Origin: Antedon mediterranea
Lineage: Eukaryota; Animalia; Echinodermata
DNA length: 64,000 nt
Assembly: GCF_964355755.1 (NCBI RefSeq)
Contig: NC_092679.1
Location: 24,964,632-25,028,631 of the forward strand
Direction: 5' to 3'
Shown one piece after another: positions 12,154 to 24,520 of the stretch; position 1 is the stretch's first letter; the number at the start of each line of letters is the position of its first letter. The notes beneath the pieces were generated by a model. The model saw nothing but the letters and a program-made list of their open reading frames with translations. It made no database searches and was not told the origin of the DNA. The translations under genes and the position numbers were made by a program.

Positions 12154-13196
12154 CGCTGTGGCTAAAGATACGGTACCGTATCCTAACTTCCGTTTACTAA
12201 AGGTACGGTAAAATTACATTGCGTCATAATCAGCCAAATGGGGTGCCTGCTGGTATGTGTGTGTGACGTCATCGTATAAGGACTTTGGATTTTCTTACAT
12301 CGCGTCTGTAGAGAATGCCTATCGGCGGTGCCAGGCTGCAGATTCTGTGACTTAGTAGACCTAGCAATGTTGAATTCGTCCATATATGAGGGTTTTATTT
12401 TTATTTCAAATGGCCTAGGCCTATTTAGGCCAATATTTTTTTTATTAAACTTTGTTTACAGATGGTGACCATAAACAAAAAGCAAATGCGGACAATAAAG
12501 GGGCCCTCAAAAACTATGATTTAGACAGTAGGCCTAGCCCCAGGGCTGTGTCAGTGTCACAGAAATCAAACTCATATACTGAGGCTATAGGTTATAGCAT
12601 GGTTATAATTACGTAGTAGGCCTCTTTTTAAACAGTTTTCTGTATTCTAGAATTAAAATCAACATGTTTATGCACTTGTCAATTGTATGACTCACTATAC
12701 GACCCCCGGGAGAGGTGCGTCATTTACAAATAATTACTGACGCAGGGGTGCGTCAAAAAACCTAGATGGTACGTCACATCAATGAACAAGGTGTGTCAAT
12801 GTCCGTCACTTTACCACCCACCATATCATAAACAACATGGTCACAGTGCGTCAAAATGGGTGCGTCATGGTCACCTAAAGGTAAGTCACCTTTTTGACGC
12901 ACGGGTGCGTCATGGTATTCAAAAGTATGACGCACATCGGACAAATGACGCACCTCTCCCGGGGGTCGTATAGTGGGTCATACAATTGACAAGTGCATTA
13001 GTTTCACACGACGGCGATAATATTAATAGCGATAAATAAAGCATAAAGAAAATGTTAAGCCGCCGGTTGATCACTGTTTTTGCGATATGAAAAAAAATCT
13101 AAATTCCTTATACGATGACGTCACACATGTACTATTCTAGCACCCCATCAGCTGATTATGACGTAAAGCAATTTTACCGTATCTTTAGCCACTGCG
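12154..13196. mobile_element. Old MULE-like MITE with ~115-150-bp diverged TIRs, in the U12 intron
   Basis: CGCTGTGGCTAAAGATACGGTA...GTGTGACGTCATCGTATAAGGA mirrored at 13081-13196. ATAATAATA on both sides (12145-12153, 13197-13205); this is low-complexity, so TSD length is uncertain. Confidence 0.65.
12671..12997. mobile_element. PIF/Harbinger-type MITE (327 bp), TTA TSD, nested in the MULE-like MITE
   Basis: ~55-bp near-perfect TIR TGCACTTGTCAATTGTATGACTCACTATACGACCCCCGGGAGAGGTGCGTCATTT; TTA at 12668-12670 and 12998-13000; internal GTGCGTCA repeats. Confidence 0.85.
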
Positions 13197-13410
13197 ATAA
13201 TAATAATAAGTCAAAATGCAGTAAATGTTTAAAATATCATTGATTTGCTGCTCTAGCTATTTATTAAATTCAATTCTGATCAACAGTTGTATTATTATTT
13301 ATGTTAATTTTATTTTTATTAAGAGCTTTATTTGTAATAAGCCTAGGCCTTGATGCTTTTTAAAATGTACTTTCGTACAATTTGTTAACACTATTTCAAA
13401 CAAATGTAAT

Positions 13411-13580
13411 GATTGAATTGAATTGAATTGAAATATATATTTATACTGGGTAACCTCTTCAGTCAAAGACTGGTCTCCCAGTTGGTTTCGTTCGTTTACA
13501 TTAACACACAACCGCAACACAACAATATCAACTTTAACTACAAACAATGCACACAGGAACTGTAAACAATACACAGCACA
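13411..13580 (-). mobile_element. 3'-end remnant of an L2/CR1-group LINE (or related SINE)
   Basis: Minus strand reads TGGGAGACCAGTCTTTGACTGAAGAGGTTACCCAGTATAAATA then (TTCAA)n: a stem-loop plus microsatellite tail typical of L2/CR1 3' ends. Confidence 0.5.
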
Positions 13581-13800
13581 ATTTTATTCAAAATGTTTAT
13601 TATAAAATTTAGGTTTTTAAACATAATTGTGATCATTGTCATCATAAATAAAATTAAATATTACACAGTATAAAATAAGTGTTGTAATTATTAACAAATG
13701 ATTTATTATGTATTATGAAACAAAACAAACTTTATTATTAATTTATTTATTTCATTTAAATGAGGTTTCAGTAATCATTAATAGTAATCACATTGCTTAA

Positions 13801-14354
13801 AGATGTATTGTCCCTTTGACTAATTCCATAAAAATAGAAAATAAAAGATTTCGAAAAAAGGTGGGTCATTTAGAAGTATCATAATAGCTATTAACTATCA
13901 CCAAAAATTTTTCGAAAAAAAAATCATTTAACTGAAATACAGACGTTTTTTTGTTTAAAAAATAACTTTGACTTCCAGTCAAAGTTTTCGATCAAAACAT
14001 ATCCCATAATGAAACGCGCTTGTTTGGCTACTGCTCTGTATGCATAATCATAAAACTTCCTCATGATCTGTGTGAAAATACCTTCTTAATCGTGACGAGT
14101 TGTACTGTAAACAATCCTAATTAGCAATGCATAATGCGTACTCATGGTTTGAAATCTTTGTTTACTTTCGCTCGCGACGATTTTCCAGATGAAATGTAAT
14201 CAAACTAATTTACCTGTTAATTACGTAAACTTGTTGTTTTTTCCTCGAATTTTCGACTTAAAGTGAATAACTTTAATATTACTTTTGATATGGCCACTTT
14301 AAATTTAGAATATTTTGACCTTCATTTTTTTGTGTTTCAAGGGACAATACATCT
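13801..14354. mobile_element. Kolobok-like non-autonomous element (554 bp), TTAA TSD
   Basis: TIR AGATGTATTGTCCCTT / AAGGGACAATACATCT; TTAA at 13797-13800 and 14355-14358. Purine (AG) termini argue for Kolobok over piggyBac. Confidence 0.8.
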
Positions 14355-15170
14355 TTAAATAATTTTGTCTTATTACATGAAGTTAGATTGTAATTATAGA
14401 ACTAACTTTGTTATTTTGATACAAGATAGCTTACATATAGTGAGTGCTTAAAATAAATTATAGGTTTACACGGTATAGTTAATTAAATATTGCACTATTT
14501 TGATGCACACATCTCGATTTAGATACTAAGGATTACATGAGATTCAGCTGATGACACAGCTTGATGCTAACAGCAATGATCTTGTATTTCGTGCACCTTT
14601 TTTGTACTCGTCACAGTTTCCATTCAATGACTGCATGGGGTGACTGTCTTTGGATCTTATCTTCTCTAAAAATGAGCTCCTATGGCTACCATCTCACTCT
14701 CATGAAGCAGCCTACACATCAGCTAGCTAGAAGTGAAGATTCGCTGTAAATTTTAAAAAAAAAGCCTATTTTAAATAATAACCTATCATCCTGATGCTTG
14801 TTATTGTAATTGCATTATTTTTACATGAAATTGCACACTTTTTTTAGTGATAATTTTTTCACGTTTTTAGACGTCGTTTTTCATGTAGTTGTTTGCCTAT
14901 TTTTTTTTTTTAGAGAAAAAAGTTTATAAAAAAAATATTTCTTATTAAAATAAATTTGCTATCTTTCGATATACATATGTTTTTAAACAAAATTATTATT
15001 GATGTGAAAATAAAAGTACTAAAAATATACGTTTGTTGTTGGATTGGCTTATTTCAAATAAATCACTAATAAAAACACGAAATACTGGTATGGCGTTGAT
15101 ACGTACTACTTATGTGCAGAAATGTACAAACCAATTCACTGTTTCAAGCCTTAACTTAAAATGTGTTTAG

Positions 15171-15271
15171 ATTTTGTGATAGTTTTTGTTTTGATGACCG
15201 CCACTTATTCTACAGTTCTTTTTATGCCTGGCCACTTCCAGATGCTAATGCAAGAAACGGGAGTTTTATAG
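15171..15271 (+). CDS. SPTSS: ssSPT coding exon 2 (full protein 74 aa)
   Basis: (N)FVIVFVLMTATYSTVLFMPGHFQMLMQETGVL* is a hydrophobic helix plus Y..V(L)FMP.H, matching the SPTSSA/B C-half; in frame with exon 1. Confidence 0.88.
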
Positions 15272-16631
15272 CAAAGTCTACATGTATACAACCTTGTGTT
15301 GCATGTCTTCCTAACCTACAGTACCCAGAGATGAAAAGGAGAGGATTTGACTTTGTGTTCAGAGGCTGAACTTACATACGTTACATAACACACAAGTTTG
15401 ACTGAGAGGTACAGCACACAAAACCAGGCCTACAAACAATTCAATAATCCAGAACAACTTTTTATACAAATATACAAATTAGAATATTATACTCTTTATT
15501 TCCCAAGAAAATGAAATGCTTTTTATAGCAGTTACCTATAAATCTAAAGGCAAATTAGTGAAAAAATGACAATGCTGTGGGTATCCATATAAATGTAATG
15601 CAATATCAAAATTCATACGTAAACATTCAATATCTGTTGATATAGAACGTGCAGTACACCATGTATGTAGTTCTGTCTTGTTAGAACTAAAGCTGTATGT
15701 AATGTAGTGTACTGCAAACTTTATATCAACATTCAATATCTGTAAACATTGTAATTTTAAATTACCATATGCACTACATACATTATTATTATTCAATGGT
15801 CAGAGAATCTATATTCCACCATAAGCTTACAGATAGAAAATGTATTATGGTAACTCCAGAACAAAATGTATTAGTATTATGGTAACTCCAGTTACGAAAT
15901 GTATTTCGTAACTTGTTGCAACTCTTTACATTTGGTGCTTTACAGCAAATACAGATAACAACTCTTAAGTATATTTACTTAAAAGATAAGAACAGATACT
16001 ATGCAAGTCTGTGTGTAATTAACTGTAATTTACAATGTTTGTACAATGTTTATATTGTTGTGTTGTTTGAAAACCATAAAGTATTATGATTTTTGAACTA
16101 TATTTCTGGAATCAAATAATGTGTACACTGTGCTACTGTATACTACAGTGCAATACAGTGGGGATTATAATCTACCATGCAGAATATATCCATAAATGTT
16201 TAGTTATTGTAAAAACTATACAATATGTTTTATTTGATGGAAAAATGAAAATGATAATGTTGTTAATGAATTTTCATCATAATGAATTTTATTCAAAACG
16301 TAAAATAAACTGATCCATGTTTTTATTTTGTATTTTTGATTATATTACAATACTAGTACATACTTATTTTTAGTGAATTGATAAAGGTTTCATTTATGTT
16401 ATGGTACAAAAGGCAAATAGTCCTTCAAGTTAATCCCTAACCTGTTAGTAGTGTACTGCATCCTTTCAATAAATAAAAGGCAAATAGTCCCTCAATTTAA
16501 TCCCTAACCTGTTAGTAGTTTAATGCAAAAACATCCTATTACAATAAATCCCTCAGTTTTAATTACATTTGTAACCACACAACTACTACAGTAATACATT
16601 TGACATATTCAAACAAAGTTGTTTGCAACAC

Positions 16632-16661
16632 CATGGAGAAATAAGTTAGGATTTCTCCATG
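16632..16661. mobile_element. 30-bp P-like micro-element or excision footprint, 7-bp TSD
   Basis: GCAACAC-CATGGAGAAAT-AAGTTAGG-ATTTCTCCATG-GCAACAC. Confidence 0.7.
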
Positions 16662-17735
16662 GCAACACTAATTTGGCGGAGGCAATATAATAATTATCTG
16701 TGACTATTATGTGTTTAGTAAAAATTTCCAAAAACATGGAAATGTGTGGATGTTTTAATTACATTATACTATGGGAATTAATGTAATGATTATTATTTTA
16801 ATGTTTATTGTTAATTTACATTGTTTTATACAAAGTTTATTATTTAAGCTACTTAAGCAAACTTAAATCTAATTACAATACCTTAATTATTATTATTTAC
16901 AGTACAGTTATGTACTTACAATACCTTAATTATTATTATTTATATTGAATCATTATGTACATACTTATTTTTTACTCCATAATTGAAGTATTTATAATGC
17001 TTAAGTTAAGTATAAACATCTACAGCTCTTGCCATCTTTTATTTTTCTTAATATACATTAAATGTTTTTTTTCAGTTATTTTGTACCATTATTTGGGTTG
17101 TGAGACTGAGCACATTAAATATAATAAAGGTGTGTAAAATTAAAAACAAACAGTTTTTTTAATCTTCCTTAATGAACAAAAAATTTCTGCACAGATTTGA
17201 TGAAACTTCACAGATAAAGATGAGCCATATTGGTTCTTCAAAAGACCTTCCTTCAACTTTGGAACTATAACATAGGTGAACACATAATTTCTAGGAATAA
17301 GGAATATTAAAGGATAACTTAACTGAGAACCATATTTTAACAACGCATTGGGGATGTACATATGATTTCAGAACAATCTCAAGATTTACGATATCGCCCC
17401 GCGCGCTCGCCGTCGCCGTACATTGCTGTGACGTCACGTGTGCTTAGCAAAATGTACCTCATGAGTTTTCACGATTGTTAACATACAAGAGATATGTACT
17501 GTCACTTCTGCTAGACACCTATATTTCTTCAGTAAAATGTATGCATGCCATGATAGTGTCAAAATCTGAAACCAACGCAGCGTAGCCCTAGCTGCGCCTT
17601 CTATGGAAGCTGTTGTTTCGATCATCTACAACTGCTACGTGTTTTCGCTGACCGGGGATTTCCCCCCTTTTTTTTTAACGCGCACTTATTCTCATGGATA
17701 AAAAGGGATATGACTTACGATCGTTATGGCCAAAT

Positions 17736-17811
17736 CACGGAGGTATAAATTTATAATAGGCCTATTATTATTTTATTTATAAATTTATATTTTTAATTTT
17801 ATACCTCCATG
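17736..17811. mobile_element. 76-bp P-like micro-element or excision footprint, 7-bp TSD
   Basis: GCCAAAT-CACGGAGGTATAAA...AT-rich filler...TTTATACCTCCATG-GCCAAAT. Confidence 0.7.
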
Positions 17812-17957
17812 GCCAAATTGTGACATATTCGATTTACCAAATGAAGCGTTACGTATACATTCCTGCAGAGCGAGACGATAGAACATGTGCTGTGCATATG
17901 CCCGGTCTCGTCATATTCCCCCTACTTTATGATTCAGTGTCAGGAATATCAGTATAG

Positions 17958-20900
17958 CAGCGGTGGCGCCAGGATCTTCCAGACGCGAGGGCTACATTCC
18001 CCGACGAGGGGGCTATGCAAGCGAAGCGAGCATCACTAGGCTGGGGGACAGGGGGCCACCAAGGGCCCCCGGAACCAACGCGTTCTAGCGTCATTTGAGG
18101 CCATTTTAATCAGATTTACGGTAGCCACTTTTTCCATTTTTTATAATGCATAAATAAAATACTGCGTGCAAAAACACGATGCGCGATGATGACTGTTTCA
18201 ATCCATATTTTTCAATTTAAAAAATAAAAGTTCAAAATGTGTCTATATTTATCGGGTAAATTATAGCTTAGAAAAATTAATATACGCGAACGTAAAACGT
18301 AGGAGCCGAAGAGGTGTGCCTATATTGTTTATCGCAAAGGCGTATGCTGGTTGCTGTCTCGGGGTGCACAAATTGTAAATGCGTGCTTTGGGCTGATCTG
18401 TAAGAAAATTTTGAAAAATAGAGCTGCTAGGTCCCCGGAAGTTGCAATTAATTTATATACATATTAATGATACTATGAAACGAAATTAAAAGTCTACAGA
18501 AACAAACCGTGGTTGGGATGGAGCTAAGAAAATTTAGAAAAATAGAGTTGGAGGTCCCGGAAATTGGACTTATTATACTTCAAAACAAGAAACAAAATAT
18601 AGTCCCTATCATGGTTGTGACTGAGCTAAGACATTTTTGAAAAATAGAGCTGTTAGGGCCCGGAAAATACACTTATTGTTCTTCCAAATATGACCAGCTT
18701 TATATGGTTGGGGCTGAGCTAAGAAAATGTTTAAAACTAGAGCTGCAGGTCTTCAAAATTGCATCTTATAGCCTACTATGGAAACATCGGGCCTAGAGGC
18801 TTAAAAAAAGTGGTCCGTTTTGCCTTTATTTTAGAGAGGGAGGTGGAGTGCGTCCGCAAGCGTAGACCCTTTTCAGTCGGGTAAATCAGTTTATAGCCTT
18901 ACCTCCCATAGTGTATGCGTTGTACGTCCATCTGGACCTGCGAGTGGTGAGAAGTTCATACTATAATAAGATGTTGGCTAAGTTTTTTTGTTTAGTATTG
19001 TATGAAATATATTTTAAGTGCCCCACAGTACAGAGGGTTACTTCTTGTAAATCAAACAAATTGTGAACATACGAACAATTAACATAATTCGTTGTATGTA
19101 GCGTACGTCCACAAACAGTACATGACGTAACCGTCGGTAAACTTCGCCTGGAAAGTAACTACACTACACGTTTTGGTCCCTGCGGATATGGAACACGATA
19201 TCGCGCGACCCAACGTTAAAGGGGGATTCTGGGTTTAAAATTGCTTTTAAATATCGTTTATTTATTAAATAAAAAACATTATAACAATATAGACATGTCA
19301 GAATGAAGAAGTAATAACGAGAAATTAAAAAAATTAAATTTCATATACATTTTAGGGTAAATTCATGGAAAGTCTGTTTTTCAGCAGCTTAGGGAAGCTC
19401 ATTAATATTCATGAGATATTCACAAAATCACGTCATCAGTGGATTCCAAACTCACGACGTCAAGCTTGTACGTTATGTTCTCTCTCCTCTGTCAAACGAT
19501 GACCACCCGATCATTGTGAAATACATTTTTTTGTAGATTTGCTAAGCTAGGCCTAAAGTGTAATAATAACAGTAGTAGCATATATTTATTTGACATTTAA
19601 TGAAATACAAAATTTAGTACAGATTACGGAGTCATAAATTATACTAATTTTATACCTCGAATTAATAATAGTACAGATCGTATATCGGCTTCACGTACTA
19701 GTAGGCTAGGCCTAAATCATTTTATTCATGCCGGGGTGAGAGCCATTTCTGACTAGGGATTCCATGCCACGATGGCTACGTTAAAACATTGCATTGGGGC
19801 CATCATTCATGGGCCTAGCTAGCCTATTACTGAACGATTGGCCCATAAATAACAAAACTCAGTGGATTCCAAACCCATCCTATCAAAACCAAACTCCTAA
19901 ACAATCTAGGCCTAAACCTAAAACGTTCTACAAAAATCGGCTGTAAATATTGAGGCAAAACAAGGTCCGATCGCCGTCCGCACGTCTAATAAGTAGGCCT
20001 AGTTAGTTTACTCTCCAAAAAAGCGGATACTGCATCAAGCAAGTAGACCGGTAGTAGGAAGGAGACCTACCTAGCCTAGCCTAGCCGATCCGGCCCAGTT
20101 AAAAATTGAGCTAGCTAGTGTAGTAGACCCTATGGCATTATGCGAATTGATACTACCAGGCCTTTTACTATAGGCTACACTTGTTAAAATTAGCAATACT
20201 GTACTTATGTTTACAAATATTCCAACTCTCTCATTCGAGCTATATTATCTATACCATTCCGGTAGGTTGAGTCGACCTTCAATCAAATACTGTACATCGT
20301 TCATGTTGTGATATAGACGGGGTATACTCGACCCGACCAGTTTGGTATTGTATACTGTATCTGCTTATCACGTGACGATGCCAGGCATGGGCAGAGAGAG
20401 CACGTGTATCGTCGTCTCGCTCTCCTCGCTCAGCAGGTGGTGCAGGATTGTATACGTTACGCTTCATTGATTTTGAAGGCTTTCCCTAAGTCAGTGCGAA
20501 AATCGGCAAACGTAAAGTGCAAACTTATCTAATTTTTCACTGTTTTGATGGATTTTCATAGAAAATTGATTTTATAAATGGGAAGACCGACTAAAATTAC
20601 ATAAGATAAGTATAATTTTACAAAAGTAATTGATATGGTTAATGATAACGAGTCGTCGGAAGATTGACCATTTCACGAATTTCGTATTCTGTAACCACAG
20701 TGTGATTTTGCCGTAGCTGCACTTGTAATCTGGCCTCATTTCACAGCCTTCGTTCTGCTTCACTGGACGCTTATATAAATTGAAACTTTTACCGTTCAAG
20801 AGACAAACAAATATATTTTACATTTTTTACTATTCATTTTAAACCCGGAACCCCCCTTTAAACGATTCGTACAAAGAGATACCGCCAGACAAGTGCGTAC

Positions 20901-21159
20901 CTAGCTACTGTCATGTTTAATAGCTAGATCGCTGGCTGCATATAGCCCTCTGATGTACTCACGGTCAATGGAACGTCGCAGTTTTCTAGGCGCTCAAGCT
21001 ACGAAGTGAACGCGAACGATTTTTACTGTATATTATATTCCCCGACAAAAAGTACCCGTAGTCCCCGACGCGGGGGCGTCGCACGCGGGGGCTAGGCTCC
21101 CGGACGATGGGGCTAGAGCCCCCGTAGCCCCCCCCCCCCCCCCGCTGGGGCCACCACTG
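17958..21159. mobile_element. Non-autonomous hAT element, 8-bp TSD, hosting a Kolobok insertion
   Basis: TIR CAGCGGTGGCGCCAG / CTGGGGCCACCACTG; CAGTATAG at 17950-17957 and 21160-21167; four degenerate internal repeats (GAGCTAAGAAAAT...AAAAATAGAGCTG) at ~18390-18760. Confidence 0.85.
19220..20857 (+). mobile_element. Kolobok-like non-autonomous element (1638 bp), copy 1
   Basis: TIR AGGGGGATTCTGGGTTTAAAAT / ATTTTAAACCCGGAACCCCCCT; TTAA at 19216-19219 and 20858-20861; same length and apparently same sequence as 46358-47995. Confidence 0.9.
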
Positions 21160-21635
21160 CAGTATAGCTATAGGCCCGGGTAGTAGGCTGGTGCGGACGA
21201 TTGGACCATGTTTTGCCTTGATCATTTTACGGTTTTTTTCCGACTGAAAGAGATTTTTACAACGTTAGGTTTAGATTATTTAGGAGCTAATTATTTTAAG
21301 TATTAGTTAGGATAGGAGGCAATGTTCTTTTTTTTTTCTAGGCGGCAGGTTAGCTCCAAAATCGTCGTCCTCCTAAATACCAAGACCCGTCAATTTAAAG
21401 TGTTAATTTAACAAAATATGAAATATATAGACTTCTAATAGCATTTCCAACAATAAAACCGGTTTACGTTTGTCATGATAGCTATCGTAGACATGGAATT
21501 GTCCATTTAAATGTATGCCCATGTAGTTAGGCTAGTGAAGCCGAGGCTACGGTAACGGCTGTAGTCCCTACTAAATTTTGTATTTTCATTGAGTGTTAAA
21601 TACATATTATAGACATACTCAACTGTACTGTTACG

Positions 21636-21670
<35 letters not shown>

Positions 21671-21700
21671 GCCGACGTGAGTTTGGAAGAATCGACTTGA

Positions 21701-21886
21701 TCTCATGAATAATAATGAGCTTCCCTAAGCTGATGAAAAAAGAAGTCTCATGAATGTACTCTGAGAAATTATGATTATGAAATTTTATTTTTTTTTAATT
21801 TCTCGTTATTACTTTATCCTTTTGACATGTCTATATTGTAATAATAGTTTTTATGTAGTAAATAAACGATATTTAAAAGCAATTTA
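21701..21886 (-). mobile_element. Old diverged fragment of the same Kolobok family (left subterminal region, inverted)
   Basis: TAATGAGCTTCCCTAAGCTG, TTTCTCGTTATTACTT, TGACATGTCTATATTG and AAATAAACGATATTTAAAAGCAATTT are reverse complements of ~19238-19415. Confidence 0.75.
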
Positions 21887-22560
21887 GAATTGATCGCCAT
21901 AATACATTCTATTAAAACTATTAACATTTCAAGTATTGATTTGATATGCAGATACGCGGTTAACATAGACAGCCCACAGAGAGACATGGTTAGAAGATCA
22001 TCCACCTTCACTCCCACCTAGTAGTACGCCCTCTAGTCTTCACCTTCTTAATATTATCTCTGTGTGGTATGGTTGAAACTGAAAAACACACATAATTGCC
22101 CCGCGTTTCAAGGTGTCCTAAAAGAAGAGGTTATACTCTATCTCTTTCAATATATATATATTCTTTATATAAAAGGGATCTTTATTAGAACTTAGATAAT
22201 CTCTACTGTATTTTAATATTGTTATTGTTATTAAATAGTTGATATGCAATGCATAGTCGAAGAAGTCAGTAACGGCGTTCCATATATAATTATAATATTT
22301 TCTAGAATTAAATATTAATGTACACACTGCAGTAGTATCTTATTAAAAATTATGCTAGCGATGATGAAGACTAGTTAGGATCGAGTCTAATTGTTGGTCT
22401 GTAAAATACAGTACAAGGAGGAAATCGTTGTGTTCTTGCATACGGTAAAATTCAGGTTTGTAATGTATTGCTAGAGAAGTGAAATTGCACTCTTCTTCCC
22501 TGATTATTATTATTATTATTGGACCTTTATTTTATAAAGGCTTTGGCTTTATAGATTATA

Positions 22561-22675
22561 CAGCAGCAACACGCAGCCATCTTCTTGTGCGTGCAGCAGC
22601 AGCGTAGCAGTAAGAGATGACAAATACGGTGACCAGCCAAGCGTAAAGATAAAAAATAACAACGCTATTATCAAG
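22561..22675 (+). promoter_or_regulatory. Possible non-coding first exon of the NCX gene
   Basis: Locally GC/CpG-richer non-repetitive stretch ending AAG|GTATCA. The first NCX coding exon has an upstream acceptor (AG 29766-29767), so a 5' UTR exon is expected. The assignment is a guess. Confidence 0.25.
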
Positions 22676-23086
22676 GTATCACACGGAGGAGGCCTGGTCG
22701 GTATTTCCGGCGGACACACCGTGTTAAAAGTCGAGACATTTTTACTAGAATACCTATACTGTATATTCTTAGTAAAAGATTAGCCTACATCCATAAATAC
22801 AAGCATCCGGCCATGCATGAGGCTCAGTGTTTTTGACCCAACTTCAAGCTCTTTTCTCCTATCTACGCCGCTCCTAAAAAAAAGGCTCATCAAAAGTTTC
22901 TAAAATTATCTCTTGATACATTGCATTCTTGACTTGACTTGTGCGCCCAGTGGCTTGGAGCGCTTATGTTGACACAGTTGAATTGATTTCCGTGTCGACA
23001 TAAGTGTACCTTTACTGAATTTCATATCCGAACGGTCGTATACTCATAATTGCTGAGTAGAGTAGTAGTAGTACTAGTACAGTAGT

Positions 23087-24120
23087 CAGGGCCGTAGTAG
23101 CCAGGATCTGTCAAGGGGGGGTTCGCACACTAAGTATTTGGGTCACCCCCCACCCCCATCATACCCCCCCCCCCTGGGGTGGGGCCTGAGGCGAAGCAAA
23201 TTTTGTTAAACAATTGCTACCAATGAGCAAAACGATCGTACTTGGACTCGTGGACTATTTTTAAACGATAACATTTGTTGCCGTATGTTAGATGCGCGTG
23301 CTCTGTGCGGAACCGCCGATTGTTTGATCATTTACTCGATATTTTGTTTTGCGTTCAAGTTCAATGCGAACGTACGTCTAGGAGAAGCCCCGAAAAAATC
23401 ACACTGGGTGAAGGCAAAAGCAATTCTTATTATAGCTCTATCTATAATATTTATTTACAGCAATTTGTTGAGGAAATTAAATATGCCAATGTAAATAGGT
23501 GATATTGATACATTTGAGTACGTATCGGCTGTGGTCTAGAAAAAAATAATCGGATGCCATAATGTGAACTACAGTACATGATACCATAGATATTATAGTG
23601 TAAAATATTAATATTCACTATAATCCTCTATGATACATTATACTTCATAGCCACACATAAATACTGATGATATGTCGGAAGGCTATATACTTTATGCATG
23701 CTGCCTGACTGCCAGTGATCTAAACAATTGGTACGCAGTTGTCTGGCGGTGTCCTTTGTACGAATCGTTCGTCCCCCAGCTCGCTGTGAGACGCGTCAAT
23801 ATCATGTTACATGCAGGGACCAAACATTTATTTTTCAGGTTAAAATCGGCAATTCATTTGCAACTCTTTACAGACTATATTGCTCGAAGTACGCTCATAC
23901 AGGGAAGAAGGTACTGTATGAGTTATTCCGAACGAGTTTACGAATTTTTTAATTTACGAACAACTTTTTGTACTGTGGGGGCACGTATTTGGACGATTTT
24001 CGGAGATGAGGGTGAGGTATTGGGCATGTCGGGGATGGGGGTTCGCAGTCGGTTAAGGGGGGTTCGCTGTAAAGGGGGGGTTCGCCCGAACCATAAAAAC
24101 CCCCCCTGGCTACGGGCCTG
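23087..24120. mobile_element. Non-autonomous hAT-like element with 5-bp TSD (hAT5-like)
   Basis: TIR CAGGGCCGTAG(TAG)CCAGG / CCTGGCTACGGGCCTG; GTAGT at 23082-23086 and 24121-24125; subterminal GGGGGTTCGC repeats. Confidence 0.7.
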
Positions 24121-24159
24121 GTAGTAGTTGTGTTTTGATTCCTGTTTCTGCTATGCTGA

Positions 24160-24520
24160 ATGACGCTGTTCGTTTGATAGGTTACGTTAATTGTGTGAAG
24201 GTTCCAGCTATTATTTTGCAGGTGCTTATTAATTATTGTCTTTATCACATGCTCATTATAGTTGCGCCGCCGGTATCATTAAATAACTCCATTGGCAGTA
24301 TTACCTTGAATAATGGTCAGATTATTACTTTGGGTAGTCTTTCAGACCCAGCGCATGGAATGAGTACTCGTCTTCGCTTGTTGTATCATCATTGTCGTCA
24401 TTCAGGTCTAATGACTTGTGCCTTGTACATTGTTTAGCATAGTTTTTTATTTTACCACAATTGTTGCATTTTTTCCCATTGCCTGGGCATGCGTTTTTGC
24501 CTTTGGTAAGTTGCACTTTA
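24160..24520 (-). pseudogene. Decayed Ty3/Gypsy-like gag zinc-knuckle / aspartic protease relic
   Basis: CPGNGKKCNNCGKIKNYAKQC resembles the gag CPA.G..CxxCxxxxHxxxxC knuckle. It is followed by an acidic linker and a frameshifted LPMELFNDTGGATI (D-T-G protease motif). Confidence 0.55.

Larger units (their letters stand above)
11837..15170 (+). other. U12-type (minor spliceosome) GT-AG intron of SPTSS
   Basis: 5' site GTATCCTTT; branch CCTTAAC at 15149-15155, ~15 nt before TAG at 15168-15170; no polypyrimidine tract. Splicing restores the F-N junction of the family. Confidence 0.88.

Noticed and set aside
20279-20799. Duplicated ORFs (also 47417-47937) as paralogous genes or transposase
   Set aside because: Short, motif-less ORFs inside the two Kolobok-like copies.
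19220-20857. piggyBac assignment for the TTAA elements
   Set aside because: Termini are AG...CT, not the CC(Y)...GG of piggyBac; Kolobok fits better.
22962-23005. Hairpin CTTATGTTGACAC...GTGTCGACATAAG as miRNA or footprint
   Set aside because: The stem is only ~13 bp, with no TSD and no other support.
23275-24124. 150-aa and other ORFs inside the hAT5-like element
   Set aside because: No transposase, BED finger or dimerisation motifs; composition looks random.
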